The notes beneath the pieces are model-generated. The model was not told the origin of the DNA. It did not search any database and was given only the letters and a program-made list of their open reading frames with translations. Shown here in pieces: positions 48,650 to 61,633 of a stretch of 64,000 nucleotides of DNA. The stretch is from Octopus vulgaris. Taxonomy: Eukaryota. The stretch is from NCBI GenBank assembly GCA_951406725.2, contig OX597833.1:53568001-53632000 (forward strand). Reading direction: 5' to 3'. Position 1 is the first letter of the stretch, and each line of letters opens with the position of its first letter. The position numbers and the translations under genes were made by a program.

Positions 48650-49625
48650 ATAAATAAAATGTAAAGGAAAGCATTTTTGAAAATCAGCATAAAATTTTAG
48701 TCTTACTGCAATAAGATGAAGCAGAGGTTAACAAAGTACTTATTTTTCACAAGAGGGCTAAAACTGAATGTTCGTTGAAGAAAAAAGAAAAAAGGTATAC
48801 TTAGTATTCTAAATTATGTGAAAATACTGGATAATTCGCCCTGAATTATACACAAACCATTTTTAGAAGAATAACATGTATGGTTTGGCTCACCAGGCAT
48901 CTTAGGAATCCAGTTGGTGCTGGTATGAACCAGTAGCTTTTTTTTTCTTCTGGTCAATTGTTAAAAAAAAAAAAAAATACAAGTAGAATTCTTTGCTATT
49001 ATGCAAAAGTGTTACAAGTCCAAAATGTTGCTTTTTCAGAAAATGAAAAAAATAGTCTGACCATTCCATTCCTTTTTACATTAGCAACAGTCTCAGCTTA
49101 ACAATAATACTTTGTCGGATGCATAAAATCGTAACTCCATGCATGTATGATATTTTCAGTCAGAAATATTTTTGCAAAAACTCATATGTGAGACTTATTA
49201 CACTTTTAAAAAAATGCTAAACCGTTGTACTAAACTTTGACAATTTTCATGTCTTCACAACTGAAGCAGCCGCAGATATGATAGTTTGATAAAAAGAACT
49301 GGCTATTGCAAGCAAAATTAAATATTGGGGAGAAAAAAAAAAACAAAAGAAAAATTTGGCCAAATTTGGACATACGACAGTTTAACATAATAGCAACAAC
49401 TTGATCAATCATTGCTACTTTGCTACCATATATGGTAGGGAATGATTAGGAGAGATAAGGGAGTCACTTATACAGAACACTACAGAGCTAGAAATAGATA
49501 AGAAGGACCGAAATCTATTGTGAATTAGATGATAAAATTATGTAAGGTCTGAAAGATATTTCAAAAGATAATTTTATGAAGAATGGTACCACCAATCATC
49601 ATCACCATCATCATTACCATTTTAA

Positions 49626-49846
49626 CCCTTTAGCATTTAAACCGGCCATATCCGGCCAAAAGTGTTCTGCCTGTTTTATATTCAAACTGGCCAGATCTGG
49701 TCTCTCACACCAACCTTACAATATCGTTTTAAAAATTAACAGCTATCTCATCAAAATCTCATAGCTACAAGGTAATGCATGATTAGTTCAAAACAATGTG
49801 GATGAAAAAGCATTAATTTTGGTAGAATAATGTGAACACTAAAGGG
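49626..49846. mobile_element. piggyBac-like MITE (family 1), intact
   Basis: TTAA TSD and CCCTTTAG/CTAAAGGG TIRs. Confidence 0.9.
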
Positions 49847-52013
49847 TTAATGTCCACTTTCCCATGTTTACATGGGTCAGAGTGAGATATCTTATAACTG
49901 AGTACCTTTTATCACACAAGGGCATGGTAGCATAAGGACAATGGTATTTAATGTAATTCTTTGTCTTTCTGATGGTGGTAGAATGATTCTAGGGAATTTT
50001 CGGTTGCCACTTCCCGCAACTTAAGAGCAAACCAAGAAAGGCCCAGTTTGTGTTTGATTTGTATTAATGTAAATACATACACCGCTAGTGTTACCGAAAT
50101 GATCCTAATATGTTTTAAGGTGGTGTCAGAAATACAAAACAAATTTTTTTTAAATACTACATGAAAAATTTATAAATCAAGCCAAGGACAATCCTCTCTC
50201 ACATACACACACGACAGAAAAAGAGAGTTAGTGCAGATATACGGGGAGGAAAAAATGAAAATAGTAATAACGAGTTTTTTTGGGTTTTTTTTTAAAGAAA
50301 AGAGAAACAAACCAAAAAAAAACAAACAAACAAAAAAGACTCTCAAAGAAATGTGTTAGTCTTTCTTTGTAGTGAAATAAATATTTTAATATAAAAATCA
50401 ATGATGACTTTTGGAAGAAACAATAAAGTTAGATGTATATTATTAGTATTGGTTTTGTGAATTTTTCTATGTGTGTGTGTGTGTGTGTGAATTTTTATAT
50501 GCTTTTGTTCGTTTTTTCTTTTTAATAAGAAAGAAAGAAAGAAAAAAAAAAGCTTTTCTTTTGATATCAATAATTTATTGCTTTCAACAAGAAATATTTT
50601 GTTTTTTTTTTTTGCTTTGTTTGTGCCTCTTGCTTAGTTAATTCCATTTTTCTTTCTCTGCCGACTGATTTTTCTTTCTATCACTATGCAAAGCCTATTA
50701 AAACATATTTGGGTGATATCAAAAGTACGTGTGAATGAATGCATATATGTGTGAGCGTGTGTATAGGAATTCAATTCTATCTGCTTCTTGATAAGGTTTA
50801 TTGTATCCAACAATTCTCACTTTGACCTTTCTCGTGACAAGGCAAGGGTTGTAGGCGACTGACTGGAATACTCCCTATCATAATATTTACTTACTTTATC
50901 AATCAACACCCAGCAAAAATTTATACCCAAGAACGCTATCAGGTACCAAACACTATATACAGCAGTACAACCAAACTTTTCTACCAATTACACCAACTTT
51001 TGCACTATACACACACCTTTCAGAGAAGGTATGGTCGGTTGACACCTGATATCCAGCTGAGATGTCACCTGTATTGCTTATTTAGTTACCTGTCCAGCAT
51101 GATGTATATAAGTATGTGGGGGAGGGGCAAGATGCTTAATCCTTAAATGACCCACCCATATAGTTCTAAATTCAGGGACAGCAAAATACTACAAACAGCA
51201 ACTTTACTAAGCCTGGAAAATGAATGGTTCCCGGCTGGTCTCGATGACCTAGATTCTGTTGTTTGACCAACTCAATTCTCTGCTCATTGGATTAACAATT
51301 ATGTGGTTGAGTATTCCAGAGATATGCGTACCCTTTTTGTACACCCCTAAATCAGTGTGAAACACAGCCATACCTTTTAATTACATGTATAATCCATCTG
51401 ATAAAATCTCCACACACAATTCATATCTACTCAACTCATCTTGAATTCTAAGGTTTTGGTTGACCCGAGGTAATGGTAGTTGATGCCATATGGTGGGATC
51501 AAATCTAAGACCTCAAAAGCAAGCATCTTAACCAATTTAGCCATGCCCTGTACTATTTTTCTGATAGTTAAGTTAAGGGGCAGAAGTGTTCACGACCACT
51601 GCAAGCCCAAGGGATGTAGCTGATGCTCAGTATAAACATCTCTAACTCAATATCTGTGGATAGGGAAGGGAATTCAAGAGGGTCTACATTCTGCAAAAGG
51701 ATTGGATATTGTATTTAATGTGGGACCAGACGTTCTCTTTCAGCATTCATAACTTGCACAGACATGGAACAACATAATTAACTGGTCCTCCAGTATTTTC
51801 TTTTCCCCAAAACCAGGAACTTATCAATCCCCTTGTATGTATGTATGTATATATATGTGTGTGTGTGCATGGAGTGTTAGATGTCTGTGACATTTCAATG
51901 AATTCTAGCTATGACACAAGTAGGATACAGCTTGATCAAAGAGGCTCTGTGGGTGATTAATACATTGCCATATATAAAGCCATTTCATCGCAATCACTTA
52001 TTATTATTCTTCA

Positions 52014-52402
52014 GTGGAGGCGCAATGGCCCAGTGGTTAGGGCAGCGGACTCGCGGTCGTAGGATCGCGATTTCGATTCCCAGACAGGGCGTTGTGAGTG
52101 TTTATTGAGCGAAAACACCTAAAAGCTCCACGAGGCTCCGGCAGGGGATGGTGGTGATCCCTGCTGTACTCTTTCACCACAAACTTCTCTCACTCTTACT
52201 TCATGTTTCTGTTGTACCTGTATTTCAAAGGGAGCCGGCCTTGTCACTCTCTGTGTCACGCTGAATATCCCCGAGAACTACGTTAAGGCTACACGTGTCT
52301 GTGGAGTGCTCAGCCACATGCACGTTAATTTCACGAGCAGGCTGTTCCGTCGATTCGGATCAACCGGAACCCTCGTCGTCGGAACCGACGGAGTGCTTCC
52401 AA
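52014..52402 (+). mobile_element. SINE family C, full length, 12-bp TSD
   Basis: tRNA-like head; TATTATTCTTCA at 52002-52013 and 52403-52414. Confidence 0.9.
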
Positions 52403-52426
52403 TATTATTCTTCAATAACATTACAT

Positions 52427-52785
52427 TACTCTCTTTTACTTGTTTCAGTCATTTGACTGCGGCCATGCTGGAGCACCGCCTTTAATCGAGCAACTCGACC
52501 CCGGGTCTTATTCTATCGGTCTCTTTGCCAAACCGCTAAGTAACGGGGACATAAACACACCAGCATCGGTTGTCAAGCGATGATGGGAGGGGACAAACAC
52601 ACACATGCATATATATATATACATATATACGACGGGCTTCTTTCAGTTTCCGTCTACCAAATCCACTCACAAGGCTTTGGTCGGCCCGGGGCTATAGTAG
52701 AAGACACTTGCCCAAGGTGCCACGCAGTGGGACTGAACCCGGAACCATGTGGTTGGTAAACAAGCTACTTACCACACAGCCACTC
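52427..52785 (-). mobile_element. SINE family A
   Basis: Reverse copy. Confidence 0.9.
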
Positions 52786-53140
52786 AATTATTATACTTAT
52801 TGTTTGTTATTTCACCAGCGAACCAATTAGCCGCAACACAAATGCTGGGCAGAAAAAAATTGGTTCAGATTTGGATGATTGCCTCGTTTTATTCCTATCT
52901 GCTTCGAAACATCGTATTATTTAGATTTTTCTTCTTTATAATATTAAATACACTGTTCAACACTTTAATATGCCTGATTAGTAAAGATTATAACAATCAG
53001 TTATTTTCTCTGTATTTTTTTTTCAAATGTTAATTATTTAGAAGCAATTACGTCATTCATTAGTACCCAGGTGCAATGTCAAGTGTTAAGGTGTAAATTG
53101 ATACCAACTGGTATTACATGCAATGTAATAAACCTATTAT

Positions 53141-53304
53141 ATCATCATCATCATCGTTTAACGTCCGTTTTCCGCACTTGCACGGGTTGGACAGTTCGAC
53201 CGGGGTTGGGAAGCCAGGGGCTGCTCCAGGCTCCAGTCTGATCTGGCAGAGTTTCTACGGCTGGATGCCCTGCCTAACGCCAACCACTCCGCGAATGTAG
53301 AGTG

Positions 53305-53305
<1 letters not shown>
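53141..53305 (-). mobile_element. RTE family 1 tail
   Basis: (CAT)n-CGTTTAACGTCC... motif. Confidence 0.8.
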
Positions 53306-53343
<38 letters not shown>

Positions 53344-55585
53344 AATAAAATAGAACATATGCATATATATAAACATATATGTACGTACCTACCTCTACAT
53401 GTACATATACACGCATATATGTGTACAGGACACCAAAAAGACGTCGAACACATAGAGAGACGAAAAACATAGACACAAACCAAGGAACAGGACAAGCAAA
53501 AAAAAAAAAAAAAGGAGAGATACAGGACAATAAGCACAACGAAATATATATATTAAGAATTAAAGCTAACAGTGGATGGGGGGGGGCTCGACTCTACGTC
53601 GCCGTTCAATCACGAGTAGGATGATTTTAGAAAGAGCAGTCAAAATCTCTTTCAAATACTACCACACTGTCTTAAAAATGAAAGGACACGTTCGATAACA
53701 CGCACACACCCAGATCTACGAAGATACTTAAGCTTCAAGCTAATCCCCCGTCCCAAGTTACCCCACTGATAATTTGAAATCAATTCTATATCCCCCCCCC
53801 CATCAGCCCGAACGTGGGATCATACACTACTACTACCACTTGTTCTTCTTATGCGGCAGGAATGAAATGACCCTCCAACTACCCAGAGGTAATTTCAAAT
53901 CGATCCCGTTCTATTTACAGTTAAATTGAATGCCTATCTAAAATACGAGGCGAAATGGGGGCGATCCTTCGGTATAGGTACCGTAAGTGGCTTTGTTTCT
54001 GAAGATAACAGAAACCCTTTTCTCCCACCCCTAACCCTAACCCCCCACGTATATAAAAAAAAACAACACTTTCTTGAAATGTATCCGGTACCTATACCGA
54101 AGTTACCCGAAATGGGTTTATCTAAAATCGCTACACCGGGACCATACACTAACGCACACAATACATGTATCATTTGAGACGATTCGAAGAGGGACTGAGT
54201 ATGCGCGATCGCTCAAAACTCAAACAGATACTGGCTGTGTGGTTTGAAAATTAGGGAGTCCTAAGAACAGGAGCCAGGTCAATGTCACTCGAGAAAAAAG
54301 TATAGAAAAAGACGTAACGGTAGTGGAATGAATGTATGGTCGTAGGTACGACCACAGGTCAGCTCGACCGAGGTTGGCAAACTGAAACTGCGGAAACTGT
54401 AGATCAATGCTTTGATAACAGCATCAAGATTCACAAATATTTTGTTTAATCTGCAAATCCGCGCGCCTGTAGATTATCTACGAAGCGGCTGACCAGACAA
54501 ATATTTCTAACGGGAGATGATACCGAGATCAATTTCTGCTGGTCTCTACGCATTTTCCATTTGTGGACATCCATGAGCAATTTCCGCATAGGTGTGTGTG
54601 TGATGCAATTAGAGGTTTAACTAACTTTCTCTGTACACGAAATAAATTATAAATTATCTCAGATCGGATACGAACGCTTAAAATTAACAACAATGGCATA
54701 ATTAAATCAACTGGAGAGTCAACATTTTGGTTACAAAGTTGTTAATCAAAAAATACAATTTTGGATCACAAATTAAATCCCAATGTTCGTCGTTAACACA
54801 ATGTAGTCTTTTTTAAATATTTTTTTAATATTTCACCGACCAAATATTAATGATTACGAATCAATACGCGAAAATAAAATAAATCGAAAATTATAATTAA
54901 CTCCTCAGTTTGAATAAAAGCAAAAAAAATGCTTTTTCCCCCCCCTCGAGTTTATACGTAGTTTAAAAAAAGTTCAACTGCCACGGAAAAAAAAAGGCGA
55001 ATAAACTGAAATATTTTCACAACGTTAACATCAAAGATCACAACGATGATCGTTATTTTTTAAAAAGAATAAATAATAATAATTCAATTTTATTTTGCAT
55101 CATTGATATTTTTCTATAAACATATCTTTTTATATAAAAGCAATAATAATTGCAGTCGAGTTTATTTCAGTTGACTCGCCTTTTTTTAATTTCTTCTTAG
55201 AAAACTAGAAGTTAATTATAAGAAAGAAAGAAAGAAAGAAAAATGAAAAGAATGTAAATAAACCTTTTTTTTTTTGATGCTGAGAAAGAAAATACTGTAA
55301 GAACAACTGGAATTTTCCTCCTATTCTATAAAACTACGTATGCAATATTTCAGAATGTGTTTTCTGTCTTAAGGCTTCACGCACAGACAAGCTTGAAGTG
55401 ACGAAGTACTTACTCAAATCGACTGTGGTGACTGGACAATAAACTTTAGCGACACCAGTCCAGAGTAACCTCAGACGAAGTTGCCACAAGGGGGCGGCCT
55501 TGCCTTGGCTTGTTGGGGGCTTTGTTGATGAATTAAAAATATCTTTTGTTTACAATCCAACCAACCGCCTACAAAAAGGTACTTC

Positions 55586-56003
55586 GGATCTTTTCGGTTT
55601 GAACGGCAGTTTTTTCTAGCGGTGTCATATGAAATTGTCACCCATAATTATGACCTTTGTATCGAGTATTTCAATCTATTTTAAGGGTTAGAGCTAGAGG
55701 AAGGGTATCTTTTTTTTCCTTCAGAAATGTAAATAAATCCAATCTGTTTCTTAAACGAGGGACATTTTCACACGGCACAGAATGTTTTTTTTTTATACCT
55801 CAATGGACGTCATTGATTGGTTGAAATTGCAGAAAAAAAACAACAACAAAATATCTTACAAACTATAGAATTTTCTCAATAAAGCCAAGTGAAAAAGAAG
55901 TTTTATAAACAAACACATTCTACCAGTATACGAAGTTTAAAAGTGTTTAGTTACGTTGAAATTATTTAAAAAAAAAAAACTGCCGTTCAAACCGAAAAGA
56001 TCC
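55586..56003. mobile_element. MITE with 30-bp TIRs and 8-bp TSD (Merlin-like), copy 1
   Basis: TIR GGATCTTTTCGGTTTGAACGGCAGTTTTTT; TSD GGTACTTC at 55578-55585 and 56004-56011. Confidence 0.9.
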
Positions 56004-56234
56004 GGTACTTCGAAGTGGCCGTTCGAGTTGTTAGAAATAACAGTCGGATCTCCCTCGCGTGATAAACGAAACTCTACCGTCTTATGAGGTGTGTAGGGAG
56101 GAGGACGACGATCAAGCGGTTCTAATTGCCTTTCCTGTTCGATCACTAGCCAACCCCTGTCTAAACAACACCACAAAACCACATGTACACTACTGGAATG
56201 ATTGAACATGTTTTTGTAACACAATTAAAAGCTA

Positions 56235-56383
56235 TTCTCTTTTTTACTCTTTCTCTTTTACTTGTTTCAGTCATTTGACTGTGGCCATGCTGGAGCACCG
56301 CCTTTAGTCGAGCAACTCGACCCCAGGACTTATTCTTTGTAGGCCTAGTACTTATTCTATCGGTCTCTTTTGCCGAACCGCTA
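56235..56383 (-). mobile_element. SINE A 3' fragment
   Basis: Reverse tail homology. Confidence 0.8.
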
Positions 56384-56821
56384 ATTTTTTTTTTATTCGC
56401 AAAGTTGCGATAAAAAAAGGCCCCCCCCAAAAAAAAACAAAGAAAGAAAAATATTAAACAAAGCCACAGGAAGAGGAAAAAAAAGAACGAATACTAAAAA
56501 CCAAAACGTACGAACAGGAGGATCAAAAAGAGTTCTAAGGCTTAGTAAAAAGGACCACATTTTTCCTTATATCTCCCCACTTAATCTCCAAACAAACAAA
56601 TAGCTAATTAATTAGCCACACAGAGTTACTGACACAGAATTTGTTCGCTGCTTTTATTTTTAGGTCAGAGTGAAATTGCACTCAGAGAATTTAATTAACA
56701 ATTTGTCAAGTGTCCCGGCGCTGGAATTCAAAAGGAACGCAAAGGTGCTTTTGATGCTATGGGTTTTTTTTTTTTATACATAATAAACAAAAAACCGAGT
56801 AAGACAAATAGGGCAATATTT

Positions 56822-57230
56822 GGATCTTTTCGGTTTGAACGGCAGTTTTTTTAAAAATAATTTCCACGTAACTAAACACTTTTAAACTTCGTATACTGGT
56901 AGAATGTGTTTATAAAACATCTTTTTCTCTTGGCTTTATTGAGAAAATTTTATGGTTTGTAAGATATTTGTTGTTTTTTTCCTTCAATTTCTGCAATTTC
57001 AACCAATCAATTACGTCCATTGAGGTAAAAAAAACATTCTGTGCCGTATGAATATTGTCCCTCGTTTAAGAAACAGATTGGGTTTATTTACATTTGTGAA
57101 GAAAAAAGATACCCTTCCCCTAACCCTAAAATAGATTGAAATGCAATAGATCGATACTAGGGTTATAATTATGGGTGACAATTTCATATGACACCGCTAG
57201 AAAAAACTGCCGTTCAAACCGAAAAGATCC
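56822..57230. mobile_element. MITE with 30-bp TIRs and 8-bp TSD (Merlin-like), copy 2, inverted relative to copy 1
   Basis: Same TIRs; TSD CAATATTT at 56814-56821 and 57231-57238. Confidence 0.9.
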
Positions 57231-57904
57231 CAATATTTACTAAGTAATAAAAAACGCGACGTATCAATAACTAAAAGATGAACATGCACAAATATGTGTT
57301 TTAAATAACAACAAGCATTTCTTGCGGTGTCTAAGCCCGCCAAATTGTGTGTCCGTTAGAGAAGTTAAACCACCTGCCCATTCGATATACAGAAAGCGAC
57401 AAAATATGCATTATAATAGGAATAATTTAGTCGATAAAAATCGACTGATTACCCCTTGAAGGCGACGCTTTAGGATTGTAGCAATCCAATGACTAAACTC
57501 GCTAAAATAAACAAACAAAACTAAACTAAACTAAACTAGTACTTAACAAGTTTGCTAACTTGAAAAAGAAAAAAAAAAGGAAACAAAGAAAAGAAAAGAA
57601 AATTGAAAACAAACCTGTCTAAAATAGCTGCTTAAAATAGGAAATATTTAGTTTGCATGGGCTATTTAGGACAGAGTGGTGAGAGGAAGATTTCAATTTT
57701 TGCTGTTTCTGAAAAAACGTTCGTGCGCAAGAGGGATAAGAGGTAAGGTGCTGTGCGATGCAATATTCAATCTCATCTGGGGGCAACCGAAACGCCACCA
57801 GTGGAAAGAAACAACAAAGGGAGCTAAAAACAAAACCTGATTGGCCAACGGAAAGCGAAAACACCTTACTTCCGGCCCTTATTTTTAACACACACACACA
57901 AAAA

Positions 57905-58320
57905 GGCGACGTGGCAGAGTCGGTAGCACGCCGGACAAAAAATTGCTTAGCGATATTCCGCCCGTCTTTACCTTCTGAGTTCAAATTCCGCCGAGGTCGA
58001 CCTTGCCTTTTATCCGTTCGGGGGTCAACAAATTAAGTACCGGTTGAGTACTGGGGTACTTGCTCCTCCCACCCCCGAATTCAGGCCTTGTGCCTATAGC
58101 AGAAAGGATTGTTAAAACCAATAAGGGCGGCAAGCTGGCAGAATCGTAAACACGCCAGGCAAAATGCTTAGCAGCATTCCTGCCAGCTTGATGTTCTGGG
58201 TTCAAATTCCGCCGAAGTCAACTTTATCTTTCATCCTTTCGGGGTCGATAAGATAAGTACTAGTGGGATGGATGTAATCGACTAGCCCCACTGTCCCCCA
58301 AATTTCAAACCTTGTGCTTA
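57905..58320 (+). mobile_element. Two older SINE B variants in tandem
   Basis: B head and central domain with a different 3' end. Confidence 0.7.
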
Positions 58321-60638
58321 TGGCCTTAAGAAAAATACCTCAGAAGGGGGCCATGTACACTAAATACTTATACAGCGGGTGTTTCGTATAAGTAAGAATC
58401 AGTCGAAAAACTTCGATTAACAAAATCTACATGATCAAAACTTTTCTCACATGCAGACAAAGCCCAGTCCCTATTTTCTTTTAGAACTGCATACCTGTGA
58501 CCTAGATTCAGTGAATTAATAAGTCCACTACTGGGGTCGTAAGAATTGCTTCACGTTGAACAATAAAAAATCTCGCTTTTTTTCTTAGCGTAGTTTTGTG
58601 TTTAAAAGATAAAATAATTTATAAAACTATAATCATTATTCGTCAAAATATAATATGGCCGTTTTGAAAACCTCAGCTGGATTACTCTGGTGTTAAAAAC
58701 TTAAAAGGAAAAAGAAAAAGAGGAAAAACGGCCAAAGGATGACTAAAAAACTTAATTAAAATTTAGTGAAACTGGAGACTTAAATAGGTGGGGGTAAATG
58801 GTCACATTTAGCTACAGATCCCTAATCGATAGCTAATTAAAAAACTCTAAAAATGCATTGTTTTATTTTTAAGCCACCGAAATTATATTCTGCAAATTAA
58901 CGGACATTTTGAAATGTTCAACAAAACACGTCCAAAAAGAGTTGGAAAGTTACGAAAAATTAGCATACACGACCAATGAATAGTGGAGGGTCGAGTGGTA
59001 GAGAGCTTTTTCTTTTGATCGAATGTGATTTAATAACTTAACGATTTATTCAACTGTTTACATTCTCCCTTTAACTAATTCACAAATGAAACACCAACCG
59101 AGTCAATTTTCACACCAGTCTAGTAGGGCGTGCAATGGACAAGAGCCCTGTTCCTCGATTAATTTATAGAAAAACAAGACTCCCAAAAAGGTTCAGATTA
59201 AAGAAAAAGAAAAGTTTACTCAAAACGTTTAACGGAATTGTTATCGCGTATTTTTTTTTAAAATGGGAAGGCATGTAACGGTCGTGAACACACAATCCCT
59301 TTATTAACTTATTAAAAAAAATTACCCCCAAGACATATTAAAGAAAATAAAAAATGTTTAACCAAAACATTTTACGGCATTGTTGCCGTGTAATTTAAAA
59401 AAAAAACATTTTTATTACGACACAGGCAATCTTTTTCCGATTACGCGAATTAATTCATAACATCCTTCCTGCGCCGTTACAGATAAAAGATCTCTGGCTT
59501 TCAAAAGTACTCGATATCAGTCATAAATTTTCAGAGAGGTTCAGGCTCGGAGAATGCGTTATGAGCTAAAATGAAAGCCTTGATTTATGATGTTGGAGAA
59601 ACGTTCTGAATAATTTGGCAGAACGAAGAATAGTAGTAGTAATAATAATAATAATAATAATAATAGTAGTAGGACTAGTAGTAGAAACATTATCGTACTG
59701 GCATAGTGCCAGTCTGACGTGAGTAAGGCTGTTGTGTAAAAGAGAAGATGGTGGTTTTTGTCAAATTTTCTTCCGTGTAATATCGTGCAGCGATAAACAT
59801 CATGTAAGAGAATGCGACGTCCAACACTCTGAATGGCGAGGTACCACCCTCACACCACATGTAACCACCTTTTCAGTATTATCTACTACATGATGTAGTA
59901 AATTCAAATACATCATGTCCGTTTTCGTTCCTTACTTACTTCCTACACTCTCAAACCCTCGTTACGATAAACTTATATAAACTACGTCATTTACTCGAAA
60001 AAATGCGCAGTTCAGAAAGTGCCCCCTCTATACTGCGTCACTTGCCACACTAGAGACCCTTTCTCCCCACACACAAAACTGTGAAACTTTCCTCAAATTG
60101 AAAGAAAGGAAATTGCTTAACTTATGAGAGATTTGACGACATAAACATTATGTTACAAAATTCTAGTAAAAATTCATGTTTATATAATAATCCTGACACT
60201 TCGTATGCCATAGAAAAAGTCATAAAAAGCCTTATGCTGTCCAGATGCCCCGGTATTGTTTATCTTTGAGAGAGAAAACTTTGCAAAAATAAAAATCGAA
60301 GTGAAGGAACGTGATAATAAAAGGAAGAAAAACCCGGAATGCATGCATGCATACATACATACATACATACATGGTGGCTGCCCCCTCGTTATCGAGTATG
60401 GCCATTGCACGAAGCTTAATCAATGTTGTTATCGTGCAATGCCTGTGCAAGAAGATTTTTTTTTGAAGTGAGGAAAGGCTGTGCACTGAGTCAATCCCAC
60501 TCACTAAGCAACAGCAGCCATAATCCGAAAAGAAGAACAAGTCAACATCATCGGTAACCACTGAGCCGCAGGTTTTATATCCGAGTTACCTTCTCCTAGA
60601 AGGATGCCTTAACAAAGGCTAGGAGTCCTTCACTCCCA

Positions 60639-60908
60639 ATACATACATACATACATACATACATACATACATACATACATACATACATACATACATACAT
60701 ACATACATACATACATACATACATACATACATACATACATACATACATACATACATACATACATACATACATACATACATACATACATACATACATACAT
60801 ACATACATACATACATACATACATACATACATACATACATACATACATACATACATACATACATACATACATACATACATACATACATACATACATACAT
60901 ACATACAT
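60639..60908. repeat. (CATA)n microsatellite, ~270 bp, uninterrupted
   Basis: Direct reading. Confidence 0.98.
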
Positions 60909-61402
60909 GGAACTATCACAGCCATGTGTGAGTTTTAAATGGACAATGTAATTGCTTCGGGCTTCCTCATACGACCTTAGATCAAGTGACTCGTAAAACC
61001 AGCAGTAAACAACATTAAAAAACATTTTTTTCCCCAACAATAATTAAAAACTAAAAAAACAAACAAAACAAATTGCATGACGACCATAGTAATTAAATTA
61101 TAACCAAGAAAACCATGATTACTACAGAAAATTTTGCGTTTGGAAGCAACAACAACAACAACGACAACAACAATTGCAGATGTTCTATTCATCTTTTGTT
61201 TGGTAGTTCGAAAATCGATTAAACTAATAACATTCGTAACTAACAGCAGAAGAAAAGAAAAAAAAAAGCCCCATTCATGTTATTTCTAAATTGTTATCCA
61301 TAATAAATTCAGGTGAGTATTTCGTTCCCGTTGGACTCGTTTGAATTTGGTAAAAAAACGAGGAACGAAGCATTCGAATTAGTTATATAAAGAGCAAGTT
61401 GG

Positions 61403-61633
61403 AGGCGGCGAGCTGGCAGAAACGTTAGCACGCCGGGTGAAATGCGTGGCCGTATTTCGTCTGCCGTTACGTTGTGAGTTCAAATTCCGCCGAGGTCGAC
61501 TTTGCCTTTCATCCTTTCGGGGTCGATAAATTAAGTACCATTTACACACCGGGGTCGATGTAATCGACTTAATACCTATGTCTGTCCTTGTTTGTCCCCT
61601 CTATGTTTAGCCCCTTGTGGGCAATAAAGAAAT
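61403..61633 (+). mobile_element. SINE family B monomer
   Basis: Full B unit; imperfect flanking repeat TATATAAA(A)GAGC.AGTT. Confidence 0.85.

Noticed and set aside
52014-52090. tRNA genes at SINE heads (also 6041, 1271)
   Set aside because: A/B boxes are present but there is no complete cloverleaf, and they continue into SINE bodies with TSDs or tails
60596-61040. MYVC-repeat ORFs
   Set aside because: Translation of the (CATA)n microsatellite
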